Positions 26,414-42,426 of a stretch of DNA of 64,000 nucleotides are shown one piece after another; within the stretch, counting starts at the first letter, position 1; every line of letters begins with the position of its first letter. Both the position numbers and the translations under genes were made by a program. This stretch comes from Eledone cirrhosa (Eukaryota), in assembly GCA_964016885.1 (NCBI GenBank), contig OZ024742.1, positions 182,652,001 through 182,716,000 of the forward strand, in the 5' to 3' direction. Below the pieces are notes generated by a model. The model saw nothing but the letters and a program-made list of their open reading frames with translations. It ran no database searches and was not told where the DNA came from.

Positions 26414-26589
26414 GAGAACTGGTTTTCCCATCAAAATGTTAACGTATCATTGCCAAACTGTAATGAAGAACAGAAGTTATCCTCTCTCTCTCTCTCTCTC
26501 TCTCTCACTTTCGCTTCATGTCTCCACCTCTCGTTTTCTCTATCTATCTAAGTTGCTAGCTAGCTATATGTATATATTGTACATATTCT

Positions 26590-26770
26590 CAAATCCCAAA
26601 TCCAGGGCTTTTTCACTCCTGTTGAGGGAACCTGTCCGTTGTTGACCTCCATCAGTTCCTATGTTTAGTCATATTGGACCATGTGGAGCCGAAGTATCGG
26701 GTCAGATCATCGCGCCATCTGGCCTTTGGTCAACCTCTGGTTCTTCTTCACTGTCTCGGTGCCCACTCAC
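26590..26770 (-). mobile_element. RTE LINE 3' fragment
   Basis: EWAPRQ*RRTRG*PKARWRDDLTRYFGSTWSNMTKHRN*WRS..QQE* matches the RTE C-terminal WxP..RGRP..RW.DD motif. Confidence 0.8.
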
Positions 26771-26837
26771 CTGGAAAAGTTTATATATATATATATATAA
26801 TCTAATATGATATATATATATATATATATGCATCGTA

Positions 26838-26960
26838 TCTAGCTGTCGAAACGGCCGGAGCTCAGCCGTCAGGGTCCTGACTCTTTTCCTATTTCCCACT
26901 CTACTACCCTAAGTATTGAGTACTCTGATGCACCTGGTATCTTACCACACCCTCTTTGTA
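26838..26960 (+). mobile_element. Penelope-like terminal fragment with hammerhead stem III half
   Basis: gtcGAAAcggc-cggagctca-gccgTCagggtcc..ccactctactaccctaagtattgagtact next to (TA)n. Confidence 0.55.
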
Positions 26961-29900
26961 ATGTAATAGTTATCAGTATATTATATACACATATACTGAT
27001 AACTATTGTGTTTTACGTTTCATTTGTTACTCATATTAACCTACACCTCGCTATCCTGGATATTTACAAACTTCTTACAACACGAGAAACTCCATTAATA
27101 TTTTCCAAATGGGACATATGTCCACGTAGTAAGCATATTTTCCGCGTAGACGAAATATTTCTGGTAACGAAATATACAGCTAGTTCTAGAAATCAGGGCT
27201 ATAAAATATTTACCCAGTAAGTAGGCAAGATATTTCAATACTAGAACTAAAACCAAATTCTGTGGTATACAGTATTGGTCCCCAAACATATTTTGTCGTG
27301 AAGCTCTTTTATGATTTTTCACAAATCTTAGAATCGAAACCTATATTTTACCAACAATCTGCACCACTCCTCTTAAAGAAAACCTATAATAAATTTTCAT
27401 TGAATTTCATTAAAAATACAACTCATTCCATGGAGCCCTGGTGTTCCATGGAATCCAACTTAAGAACCACCGGTCTACACAGTTTAGGAGCATAAATAAA
27501 TATCAGAGACTGAAATAGTCTTTCTTCCAAAAAGAATACACAATTTTTCACCATAACGGCTTGAAGTTTTAGAATCATGAATTGTCATATAACCGAAGAC
27601 TGGATTCTTGCATTCGCTTTGCCACATTTCTAGCAATAAATAACATTTGTTAATTCTATTCCACACCTTCGTTTAGCTGTGATATCTTCTTCAGCATAAA
27701 AATGGATATTTTTATTGTTATGTTTTATCGTGCGAAAAGGTATTTCAATGTCGGCTGTCACCTGCGTCATCTCAATTGTTGATTGAACTGTAAGTTGGAA
27801 GTAATTTTCTGATACATTTATTGAGGGGAAGCATTTGAAACTTTGGATTGTATCTTGTCAGACTTCACAATCTTTAACATACAATAGATATCAAGAAAAT
27901 GAATTATCGTATGTAGGCTTTAGATTTTTTTTGTAAGAAACACAGAATAGAACAGATTTCTTATCAAATACTCAGCTAGTTTCTTTAAGCATTTAATTAG
28001 GACTTTATATTCGTGAAACTAGAACACTATAACTCTCTCATGAATATCTCATAACAAACCAGTATTAACATCAATCATGTATCAAATACTAATTTAACAT
28101 GTTCCTATCTGAATGCTAATGTGCAATTGCCACTAGAAACTAGTAATAAATATGCCAGTTTTCGTTGACTAAACTTACTTCTGCCAACATATCTTATCAT
28201 TTGTGTACATTATAGATTTATCTAAATGTCCACTGGGATGAAATCCCTCATCCGACACTTCGTATCGAATTGCAACATCATCGCTAGTTTACTGTATGGC
28301 TCTGTGAAGATAAATGAGCTGATCAATAAAGTAAAATATATTGGTAAACAATATGAAACTGAAAATAAAATTATTCAGCACTAATTTTTTTTTTTTCTAA
28401 AATAAATTCTGTTTCTCTACTTTATTTTATTGATCACAATTCGACAGTGAGAAACTGAGGCTATATATTATATATTTTTTATGATCAGCTCAAACTTCTA
28501 CAATTTATTCAACGCTTTAATGGAAGTTCTAACCTTTTTACATATATAATACATTACAGTCAACTCTCACTGAGCGAAAATACTAGGAAATGTTTTCCAT
28601 GAATAATCCACATTTTTAGTGTCATTCTAAATTTAAGACTATATTACGTGGTTTGTCCTTTGTTTGTTGTTTAGAGGATGGAATCTTAAGGAAATTTGAC
28701 TGTTAACTGTAACAGGTTAAGCGAACACCTTGTGGCTCCATCTTAGTAGATAGTGTTATAACCACGTTTTAGTTCCACAGTTCGTTTCTTGTAGTGTTCT
28801 GTTGAATTTCAATAACAAGACACTTAACACTATGACTATGTTGATCGATTTTATAATACATATTGTGAATGGAAACAGCGGGGATCTATAGTAGGCAAAT
28901 TCTAACTATTTTATTTGCCCCCTCCCCAACCCCTTCCGAAATCCAAGACGCCTAGTTCAATACCTTCATAAAGAGTATCAAAACGCAGAAGTAAAAGAAA
29001 GAAAGAAAGAAATGATACACTTTCCAGATGTATTAAATATGTAATATGTCTTTACATATACCTTGCCTTTTGTTGTAACTACACTCACATATATGATGAT
29101 ACTCGGCGGTTTTTTAAATCAAGGCGTATACTGTCGTATCTAAATACAGACAGGTACTTTTTCCGACACTCCAATGAAATACCTATTTTTAAATGCAATA
29201 AAATCTCGAAAGAATTGTGTAAACCATATCGCTATTATCCCCTCTTCATGTCACACTAAGAGCCTCAATTTTGTAAGCGTTATTCACGAAATTTTAGCAA
29301 AACATACCAACATCTAAAGTCGATGTTATCATTAATGCAAACTAGGCAATTGCGCAGAGAGCAGACCTTAGAAAGACGCATTATTGAACTTTAAAGAATC
29401 TCAGTTTTATACAAATTGTCTAATTAAATTAAATATATAATAATTTTCTGCGATCAATAAATAAGTCATTGCAGCTTAGCACGTTGTGGAAATACCCAAA
29501 GCAGTGAAGAAGCATGGATGGTGTTATGACTTATAATATGATTTGTCCTGAGTAACAACAGTAGAATGTATAGTGGAAAATACAGGCTTAATGATTTCCT
29601 TTGAAAAACTCAAATCAAGAAATATCAAAAACTAGATTTTTCAGCTTACCAAAATGTAAATTGCAAGTATTTTATATAGTAGAATGTGGCGCATAACCCG
29701 GAGAAGGTCAGGCATATAGCCTAGGGAGTTAAATGCCTAAGCGCCAGCTCTTCCACCGCCAAGTGTAGGCTGGGCTGTTAGCCAGTACCTTTACAATATT
29801 TAAAGGACAAAAATTTTAAATTTTGGTGCTACCATAAATAATTGTTTCTACTTTTGGCACAAGGCCAGCAATTACCCAGTGCATTACTGGTACTTTATTT

Positions 29901-30409
29901 TATCGACCCCGTAAGAATGAAAGGCAAAAACCTTATAATATGAATGTTTGTAATGCATATTGCAATACGCATGCGTACTACCTGCATGTTTTATTGCTTC
30001 TTGATTAAAAATATGCCATAAAACCGTAGTGTTTTGAGTTATGTTAATAACTGCATTTATGAACAATGCATTACAACGGAAGAAATTATTTTTGGAAGCG
30101 CTGACAGTTTGTTAAATTTAGTGAAATTGAATGGAAAAGTATTTCTGACAATTGTAATGTTTTAAAAATTTATGTTAGACAAATTTAAAATGGCTACTTC
30201 CAGTGGAAACTGAAAGATAACTCCATTATAAAGTAATGTTGTAAAAGAAATATTTGGAAATTTAATTTACGCGCAGTTATTATGAACCGTGCACATGAAA
30301 AAGGAAAAAAAAAAAGGAATTCGTTTCAAGCACGTTCTCTCTATTCATTTTACTATTTCCCTCTTTCTCACTCTCTGTCATTTATATATATATGTGTGTG
30401 TGTGTGTGT

Positions 30410-30512
<103 letters not shown>

Positions 30513-31244
30513 ATTCGTTTGTGTGTGTGGAAGTACACAGACAATGTTTACGCATACGCATAAGTATGTTTACAAATGTATGTATACACGCATTTATGAG
30601 CATAAATATGTGAATGTATATGCGATGAACACATGAATACATGTATGTGTAGTTATGATAAAGTGTTTTTATGTGTATGTATATATTCATTTGTATATGC
30701 GGAGATGTATTCTAGATGTGTGTTTGTGTGCATGCGTATGTGTTAATATATAGCTGTTAATAAGAATTTCTACTACACCTCACACTGGTTTTCTCTTTCT
30801 CATTGTTTTAAAACTCTGTTTTTCTTTCTCTCTCTCTCTTTCTGTATCTATCTATCTATCTATCTCTTTATTTTATCAAGCAGTTTTTTTATTGTTATTG
30901 TATCTCAAGTAAAAGGAAAAGGAATGATTTTTGTATTTAACATATATAACAGTAGAGATAATTTCTAGCATTGTCGCAGACCAAACGTGATTTCTCAGTA
31001 AAGAGTATGAACGCATCACTTCTACGTCTTTAGCAGTTAATATATATAACAGCAGACAAAGGTTGTAGCATTGCAGCAGAACAAATGCAATAACGCAGTA
31101 CAGACGGTTCAAGCTTTTTCCTCCTAAATATATTTGGGGCATCAGTTGTTGTTACTGCTGCTGTTGTTGTCATGATTGCACTATAAAGCAATATGCTTCG
31201 TTTTCGTGATTCTCACCGACGACTTCTGTTACTATTTTGTTGTA

Positions 31245-31462
31245 ATAATGGTTTCTGATTTTGGCACAAGGCCAACAATTTTGGGAAAGGGGGAAGACAA
31301 TTAAATCGACCCCAGTGCGTAACTGGTATTTTATTTTATCAACCCCGTAAGGATGAAAGGCAAAGCTGACCTCGGCAGGATTTGAACGCAAATCGTAAAG
31401 GGCCATAACTCTATGCTGCAAAGCATTTGGTCGGACGCTCTACCGATTCTACCAATCCACCT
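31245..31462 (-). mobile_element. Long-variant SINE (a truncated copy also at 29835-29930)
   Basis: Consensus match. Confidence 0.85.
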
Positions 31463-32025
31463 GTGTTCGCTATGATGATGGCTATAATAGTTTGCGTGTG
31501 TGTTGGGATCACCGTCGGTTCCGACGACGAATGTTCCAGTTTATTTGATAAATAAAACAGCCTACTCGTAAAATTAACATGCATGTGACTAAGCACTCCA
31601 CAGACACGTGTACGCCTCAGGGAATTCTAAGATAGAGATTCAGCGTGACACAGTGTGTGTGACAAGTCTAAAAGGAGTGGAGTTTATTTACACACATACA
31701 CACACCCACACGCATAGACACACACACACGCATGCACGCACACATGCACGCACACAATCATACATTTTTATATATGTTCGTGGACAGAACAAGACAGACC
31801 AGTCGGGTTAATATCAATAATGTTTTGGAATTCAGCAGAGATTGACTCGCCTTTTTAACTGCTCACGGAGACATTGCTAATATTACTAAGGACTGAAGTA
31901 CACTTAATGCACCAAATTCCATACCAAACACAATGTTGGAAGCTATGGTGATTAATATGTTTTAATGCTTGTATTTGTAACCTGATTATACACACATACA
32001 CAGGCCTCCCCTCCACACACACACA

Positions 32026-32093
<68 letters not shown>

Positions 32094-32409
32094 CTCTCGG
32101 CCACTCTGTTTCTCGCTCACCTTTTCTCTACAAATACACTAACATTGTACTATCAACTTCATGTGCTCCTTCAAATTCATTGACTTCCTTCGCATTTTTT
32201 TCTTCTCATCAAAGATCTATTTAGCCCTCGACACTTTCATTCACACTATCACACCTATCATACAACTGTCTACACAACCCCATCCACTCAACACCTCAGC
32301 CACTCAACACCTCAACACCTCAGCATTTCTTCCTCGGACATCGACTAACAAATAGTTTACAAACTAGACGTGACAGATTAATCACCGTTTGAAAGCCTTA
32401 AAAAGACTC

Positions 32410-32514
32410 ACACGCTATACGTAACTTGGAAACAAAACACCTACACATGCTATACGTAACTTGGAAACACAAGACCTACACACGCTACATGTAACTTGGA
32501 AACACAAGACCTAC
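32410..32514. repeat. 35 bp tandem repeat x3
   Basis: Unit acacgctatacgtaacttggaaacacaagacctac. Confidence 0.92.
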
Positions 32515-34299
32515 ATCAATACAGTATTCCCTTCTCTGCCGATGAATAATAACACAAACTGAAACTATGCAACTTAGCAGATGATTTGCCTAACAATCTC
32601 TGAAAAGAAAAAAAAACTCATAGAATCCTTATTTATTCAAAACGGTATGGTTACTTCCCAAATACTACATTTCTTTTTTCTGGATTATGAGTAGCATCGC
32701 CACCGTTTCCGACAAGTACTCCAGTTGGTTCAATCAATTTGTATACTTGTGAAATTAACGTGTAAGTGGCGAAGGACTCCACGGATGCGTGCACCCATTA
32801 CATCGTTTTCAGGGAGATTCAGCGTGACACACTTTGTGACAATGTTCGCCTCTTGAATTCTATTCAGTTTTGTCAGACGTATAAAATAAAACGTATGCCG
32901 AGAGGCCCATAAATAGTTTTACCATTTATAAATTCAACTTAATCTTTTTTTACTTGGAATATATAATTTATTTATATTTCATATTTTGAAATATATTTTA
33001 CCTGGAAATTTATTATCGGAATTTCCAGATAAGAACATTTCAAGAGCTTAAAGTGAAATAAAAGAATATATTATTAATAAAAATAAGTAATTAAATATTT
33101 AAACAGTAAATATAAGAGCCACCTTTCATGTTTGTGTGGGTATGTGTTTGTGTGTATGTGTATCTGTTTGTATATGTGTGTGTTTAATGGCGCTTCATAC
33201 GTTGAACGAGTATGATCGTTCACTGCAGATTAGAAAACATTGTCATCAATGCCAGAGTGGTATTTAAATAGAGAACAAGTTGTACAGAACCAGAACGATT
33301 CACATTATCGATACCAGGGATTCCAGAGATAAGCTGAAAATATATATGTGTCATGAAGTGTTACCTGCTTTTATACAGCAGTCATGGCAAACTACGGTAC
33401 GCGAGCCGCATGCAGCCCGTTTCAGTTTCTGAATGACACAACTAATTCCAAAATTGCCTTAAATTTTTAATAATAATGACGAGACCTATCCTATGCGATC
33501 CACTGCTCACACTCTTGTCCATGCCAGACATAGAGACATGCATTAACGGAAGCTAGGATGTGCTGCATTCCCATGGACCTTACATTGCTCGGAATTTCTC
33601 TTCTGGTTTTTTCTGAACGGAATTTTTGTGAATGGCTGGGTTTCTACCAGCCTACCCCGCTTTCCACGATTGCCTGGTAGAGATACCGGTTTAGTCGCTG
33701 ACAACTGGCCCGTGCAGCAGGCTGTACCGGATTATATAGATATATATATACACACATTGGGACAGTTAAAATTACGAGTTACTCTCACTTGCATACACCT
33801 ATCTGTTAGAATTTTGGATTAAAATAAAAGAAAAGAATATCGGAACAACGTTAAAGCCACGAGGTGGTCTCCTGAAATATATGCTAAATCACATGTTATA
33901 GCCTTTCAAGAATGAAAGGAAATAGGGAGAATTAGATTCATGGATAACGTAGTCTTTTATACCATTATAAAACAGGGATGTTCTCGGTTGGAGAGCTTTG
34001 ATCATCGGTCTGCTGTTTAACAAAAGCAACACATATTCCAAACTACTCAGACATAAATAAGCAGAGAAGAATCCATAAATATATACATAGATGTCCAACA
34101 TGCTAAGAGTAGCAACGAAAGCTCTTTCAAAAAGAGAAGGGTATGTTCGGTAATGCAAACTAACTGAGAAGACAGGAGGATGATGGCCTGACGACTTTGA
34201 TAATAGGTGTAATAGACGATAGCTTAAATAACATCAACAACCATCTATAATTTATTGAAGTATATGACATGCTAGACTATTGTGTGTCTATATACATCT

Positions 34300-34361
<62 letters not shown>

Positions 34362-34649
34362 CAATGATTTAATATATTTATTTGCAAAATTGTACATAAT
34401 AATTACATTTTCTAAGAATATTGATGAATGTATAAAAATATATGTATACGCACACTCATATATATATATATATACACTCACAGACACACACACACACATG
34501 TATGTGTGTGTGCGTGTGCGTTTGCGCGTGTGTGTGAGAGTGTGGGTGTGCGTGTGTGTATAAACCAATTCTTTTTAAAAATACTTTTCTTGGCTAATTA
34601 CATTAGGTCTGTGCCATAAAAACACCTCATTAGGCACGACTAAAAATAT

Positions 34650-36241
<1,592 letters not shown>

Positions 36242-36484
36242 GTCTGTATATGTGTGTGCCTGTGCGTAAGTTTGTGTGGATGCAAAAATACGTGTTTTGC
36301 GGTGGAATAAAGACAAAAACAAGCAAGAACCGATGTTCGTAGGAAAGACAGAATAAAGAGAGAAAAAGAATAATGAATAATTTGTGAGAGACTGAGAGAG
36401 AAAGGCTTAGACAAGCAGGGAGAATGAGGCTTAGATAAGCAGAGATAACAATAGTGTTAGTGGCATAGAGAGGCTCAGAGAGAC

Positions 36485-36525
<41 letters not shown>

Positions 36526-36824
36526 AAGATGTATATTAAAAATGAATACATATTTAACTTTGAACAATATCCCTGGAGGGTGATACATTGTTTACATTAT
36601 TATCGATGGAGGAAAGTACATTAAGAGTAGGAGGCGAAGAAGACCGGGGGGCGAAGGAATAGGTAAGGATGATAAGGAAGATAAGAATGAGAAGGGGGAG
36701 AGTGGGAGGAGAAGGTGAAAGTAGAGATGGAATAGACAAGGATGGAGGGAGAGATGTAAATGAAAAGTGGGAGGGGGAGCCAAGGAGCCTTAAAAAACTA
36801 ATGCATTTAAAATAGAAAGTATAT

Positions 36825-36859
<35 letters not shown>

Positions 36860-36885
36860 GGTGTATGTGTGTAATATATATGTAT

Positions 36886-36921
<36 letters not shown>

Positions 36922-36968
36922 GCATATATATACATATGTGTGTGTGTGTGTGTGTGTGTACGTGTGTT

Positions 36969-37008
<40 letters not shown>

Positions 37009-37238
37009 GATATAGAGGAGAACAAATATATAAGTGAACAAATAAAATAAATTAAATAAATGAAGGAAAGAAATTAAAAGAACATGGGTGCCGGAAGATG
37101 TAATCAATATATAGAAGTATGTATGGGTCTATATGTGTGTATATATATATGTGTGTATGTGTGTGTGTTTGTAAAAACACACACACATGCACATACATAG
37201 AATGCTCGATTTTATATACTTGACCATTCTATACTGAG

Positions 37239-37280
<42 letters not shown>

Positions 37281-37711
37281 TGAGAGAGAGAGAGATAAGT
37301 AGACAGATATGGTTATGGATATACATATATGCATAAATATATATGTGTGTGTGCGTACGTATGTAATATGTGAGTTTGTGCATGTGTTTGTTAGGTTATA
37401 AACTACTGTCTGACTTAAGCATTAGAAGTTAAAATGTAGCAGTCCCAATGCAAATGACCATTGTATTCGACGCTTAGACTAGTATTATGATCATTCGATT
37501 TAGGGTGAATACACACACACACCTACACATACATACATTACGTATATTACGTATATTTGGAAAGTATGAGATAAGAGTCTGGAACTGGCAAGAGCTGAAC
37601 CGCCTGGTCCTAACTCTTTATAATATAGCCATACTCTACTACCCCAAGTATCGAGTACTCTGTTGAGTAATGGTCTAACCAGTTTCAAACTGGTTCTATC
37701 CTGATATATAG

Positions 37712-37897
37712 TAATAATTGTTTCTACTTTTCGCACAAGGCCAACAATTCACCAGTACATTACTGGTACTTTATTTTATCGACCCTGTAAGGCTGAAAGG
37801 CAAAGTTAACCTCGGCGGGATTTGAACTCAGTACGTAAAGGGACGTAACTGTGCTGTAAAGTATGGCGTCCAACCCTCTACCGATACTGCCAATCCA
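37712..37897 (-). mobile_element. SINE copy
   Basis: Consensus match. Confidence 0.88.
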
Positions 37898-37960
37898 ATA
37901 AATCAGAAGATCCCGTTAAGCCTGAAAGTAGCGATTCTTTGCTTAAACTTTAATCTGTTA

Positions 37961-37993
<33 letters not shown>

Positions 37994-37994
<1 letters not shown>

Positions 37995-38182
37995 ACGAAG
38001 GAAATGTGGTAAGGAACCAGGTGGACCATAACGCACCAAAGTACTCAATACTTGGGGTAGTAGAGTGGGTAATAGGAACCAGTAAGACCCCGACGGCTGA
38101 GCTCAAGCCGTTTCGACGGCTAATTCTGAATTAGCCGTCGAAACGGCTTGAGCTCAGCCGTCGGGGTCTTACTGGTTCCTAT
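37994..38182 (-). mobile_element. Penelope-like terminal element with a perfect 55 bp-arm palindrome, in (TA)n
   Basis: Arms 38072-38126 and 38128-38182 are perfectly complementary; near-identical to 51497-51685. Confidence 0.7.
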
Positions 38183-38694
38183 ATATATATATATATATAT
38201 ATATAAGAGAGAGGGAGAGAGTGAGAGAGAGATTGTGAGTGAGTTGGGAACTGCGATGACAACCGGTACATATGCACCATATGTAACGAGATGGCAGTAG
38301 ATGGCAAATTAAACGAAAAATGAATTCAATAATTATAGAAACATTTTGTGGAATGTTGTAATTGTGTTACTGCTTCGTCTACTACTGTGTGTTATTGTTG
38401 TTATTGTTGTTGTGGTGATGGTCGTCGTCGTGGTGGTAGTAGTGGTGCTGCTGGTAGTTGTGGTGGAGCTGGTGTTTGCGCTGGGGCTGGGGTTTGTCCT
38501 AGTCTTGGTAGTGGTGGTGGGCTGCTAATGAGAGTTGTGATTCAGACTGATTTTCTGGTGGTGGAAGTGGTGATATATCTATATCTATGTATTTATCTGT
38601 GTGTGTGTTTGTCTGTGTGCGCGTGTGTGTGTATGTGTGTATGTTTTTGTGTGTGCGTGTGTGTGTGTGTTAGTTTTTGTAGGTGTTTGTGTGA

Positions 38695-39005
38695 AGGCGA
38701 GTGGCTTAGAGGTTATGGTGTTCAGTTCACGATTGTAGGTTTGTGAGTTCGATTTCTTGACTGGGCAGTGCATTGTGTCTCCGAACAGCACGCTTTATTT
38801 CACGTTGCCTCAGTTCACTCATTTGGCAAAAATTAGTTGTACCTGTAATTCAGGGCTAGCCTTGTCACACCTTATGTTATTTAAAATCACTCTGAGAAGA
38901 GCGTTAAGGGTGCACATGTCCTTAGAATGTCCTGTCACTTTCACGAACAGGCAGTTCCCTTAATTAAATCAACTGGAGCACTCGTCATCGGAGACGATGG
39001 TGGTT
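38695..39005 (+). mobile_element. tRNA-derived SINE (second family), near full length
   Basis: A box tggcttagaggtta, B box gagttcgatttc, then gccttgtcacac..cgttaagggtgcacatgtc..atcaactggagcactcgtc. Confidence 0.78.
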
Positions 39006-39010
39006 CAACA

Positions 39011-39066
<56 letters not shown>

Positions 39067-39228
39067 CTTTTACAAGACTAGAACTGTTTCATTCGAAAGA
39101 AATCACCAGGAAAGCCCTGTGGGTAAAGAGGAACAGCTTTCATTCAAACATGCTTTATAGAAAACATGTCTGTGCTCTTTTTTGACAATTTTTGTTAAGG
39201 AGGTTTCGTATTTTATTATTAGTTCCTT

Positions 39229-39411
39229 GCGGTGGATTGGCAGTATCGGTAGAGGGTCGGACACCATGCTTTCCAACATAGTTACGTCCCTTTACGATCT
39301 GAGTTCAAATCCTGCTGAGGTTGACTTTGCCTTTCATCCTTACGGGGTCGATAAAATAAAGTACCAGTAATGCACTGGGTAATGGCTGGCCTTGTGCCTA
39401 AAGTAGAAACA
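39229..39411 (+). mobile_element. Young SINE with TSD
   Basis: TSD attattagttcctt at 39215-39228 and 39412-39425. Confidence 0.93.
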
Positions 39412-39906
39412 ATTATTAGTTCCTTATGCTTAACCTTCCTAAATCGAATGTGTAATAACGTTTCGAAGTCTTTATGATGCCATCTTAGAATCAGAATGAT
39501 CATACTAGTGGCATATTGGTCACGTGTTTGGCAGTGTTTGTAAAGTATTATGGTAGTAGAGGTAGGAGATCATGGATGCTAGCTTTAATATTTCTCAACG
39601 GTTGTTTATTAAATATCTTCATGTAAATTTGTTTTAAATGTTTTTCCCCAGACGCGCTGTCTCAGTTGTTTCCTTAATAACTCTATGAAGTATATCTCAC
39701 GTGTCTTCACCCAGTTTGTTCATCTATGCTTGTCTTTTGTGCTCCCCCATGTTGAGGGTTGGCGCTTGAAGATTTATATCACTTACATTAAAATAGCGTC
39801 TAACAACAACAGTTATGTATACTATTAATATACACATATACAGAAATACACCATCTCTCTCACTTTTTAACGCACAAACTTGACACACGTATTCACATAC
39901 AAATTA

Positions 39907-39992
<86 letters not shown>

Positions 39993-42241
39993 CACGTGTG
40001 TGTGGGAGTGTCAGTGCGTATGTGTGTATACAAATGTATACGTTTTGAATTACAAACGAGAAAAATAGTACTGGATGCATGTATGTTTATTTATTTGGAA
40101 ACAGCTGAACATGCAATCTGTCTCTTGCCAGTGTTTTACAGCACGTGTGGCAAAAAATAAGTTTTATGTAGATATAAACTCACTACACTCACGCACGCAC
40201 ACACACAAGTACACACGAATATGTTTTATAGAGATATTTACTCACTATATACACACACATTCACACCACAAGCCCACACACACACACACACCACCATATA
40301 CACACACATACACACACTATATAGACATAGACACACTATGTATGCATACACACACGCAGATATATACACACACTAGACACACATACATGAGGGATAGAGC
40401 GATCCCAGTAGACAAACGTCTACTTAATTGGTTCCGTGAATCAGAGGATAGTGAGTTCGTATCTCAGCCCCAACCAGTCACCTCGAGAAAACACAGAGCA
40501 TCTCTAATTGTGAACGATTTAAGAGACCTTTGTTTACATACAGCAAATTATATTTGATCTGCGTGTGTTTATATTTACAATATCAACTTTGTGTTACGTT
40601 CGGGTTTGGAATGAGGATGAAGATATACTAATGTAGTGGAGGGGGGGGGGGTCATGCTGATAAACTGTATATCAACATCAATATCGTATGTCAACATGTG
40701 AGATATTGAACCAATCGATATTAAGTAATCACAGAAATATTATTGATCACAGTGTACTAGTTTCAGGGAGCAGTATGGGAGGACATTTCTTTTATAGCTG
40801 ATGATGTTGATGAAGATGAAGATGAAGGGGTGATGTAGGTAGGAGTGGGTTGGGGTGGTCGTGATGGTGGTTTTGATAATGGTAGTGGTAAAGATCATGA
40901 TGATGATGATGATGGAGCATATGAACTACTGTTATTAAGTTCGACAATTAAGACTTCTGAGCTGTGAAAAGGGCTGTGGCAAAAGAAGTAGATCGACGGA
41001 TATATATATATATATGTATCCTACTTACTCCTGCCTTCAAATTTCTGGCCCTGTGCCTAAATTAGAAAGTAATATTAGTGGCAGTATTTGTACTGTATTT
41101 GAAACGTACATTGAAAATTTACAATAAATATATAAATGAATATGATAGTTTACCCTTCTAATCAAAGTTCAACTCTTAAAATGTATTGAAATAGAAACCA
41201 AATTATCACTTAATAAAGAGAAAAAAAGTTGTAATTAAAAACATATTTGCAGCATTAGTTCATATAATCATTAATTTAATTTCAGTTGATAAACCAATAA
41301 CATTGATATTTTTTATGATCAGACTCCAATGGTCGAAGACATTGTAAAATACATCAATGGAACAAATTAAAATTATTGGCGACATTAGCAGAGTCGTTAG
41401 AGTTTCGTATTAAATGATTTTCTATTTCGGTTTTCTGTGCTTTGTGTTCAAATCCAACTGAGATCAATATTGCTTTGAATCGATAAATAAAATACCAGTT
41501 CAGAGGTGGTGGATTAGCGGAATTGTTGGTGTGCCGAGTGATTTACAGATATTTGTTCTGACACTGTATGTCCAAGTTTCAAATCCCCCTCTTCTCAAAT
41601 GTCACAGGAAAAGTGGTTGCAGCCTATAGATAGTATCAGTAATTAAAATACCAAAGGAAACATTGCTTCCTTGGTCTGATCTAATTTCAATCATATTCCT
41701 TGGTCGGGTCTAGTTTCAATTATGTTCCCAGCCAGAACATTATATAACAAGTTTTTTTTATGTATAGTTCCTGGTTATATTACCGTTATTTTGAAGGTAA
41801 GGTTTTAAACTAAATTCAATCTTGTATTAAAGACCACGTATTGATTAAGACACAATAGAGCACAAAAGAATTATTTTGTCCTACGGTAGATATAATTACT
41901 ACATATCTACAAATATTTTAGACCATGTGGTTATTCCATTTTTTAAATGAATTAGGAATTAGTGTAAATAGTTATGTTTTTAGAAGGAAACTATCAATAT
42001 TGGTCTTAATTTGGTATCCAAATAAACTAGACTAGCATGTCTATTTAAATATGCAACTATACTTATAAATGGCATATTTATAACATATTGTTTATATATA
42101 GACATGGTGTACACCGGAATAAATTATTCACTTTGTCCTTTCATTTTCAAGCTGGTATGATGTAATTTGTGCTTTTTCTAGTAAAATGAGTGACCATGTG
42201 TGGCCTCTATGAAGCTTATAAGCAAACAATATTTAATTACA

Positions 42242-42426
42242 GGGCGGTGGATTGGCAGTATCGGTAGAGGGTCGGACGCCATGCTTTCCAGCATAGTTAC
42301 GTCCCTTTACGGTCTGAGTTCAAATCCCGCCGAGGTTGACTTTGCCTTTCATCCTTACGGGGCCGATAATATAAAGTACCAGTAATGCACTGGGTAATTG
42401 CTGGCCTTGTGCCTAAAGTAGAAACA
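42242..42426 (+). mobile_element. Young SINE with TSD
   Basis: TSD aatatttaattaca at 42228-42241 and 42427-42440. Confidence 0.93.

Noticed and set aside
26755-26780. Strong splice-donor-like caggtgagt on the minus strand
   Set aside because: It lies at the junction of a (TA)n tract and an RTE fragment, with no plausible exon upstream.
33377-33422. hAT-like 5' terminus (a 3'-like end also at ~27440-27475)
   Set aside because: No matching partner TIR or TSD was found; too fragmentary to call.
38346-38746. Val-rich or Gly/Cys-rich ORFs resembling membrane or keratin-associated proteins
   Set aside because: They derive from degenerate (GTT/GGT)n trinucleotide repeats running into (TG)n and a SINE.
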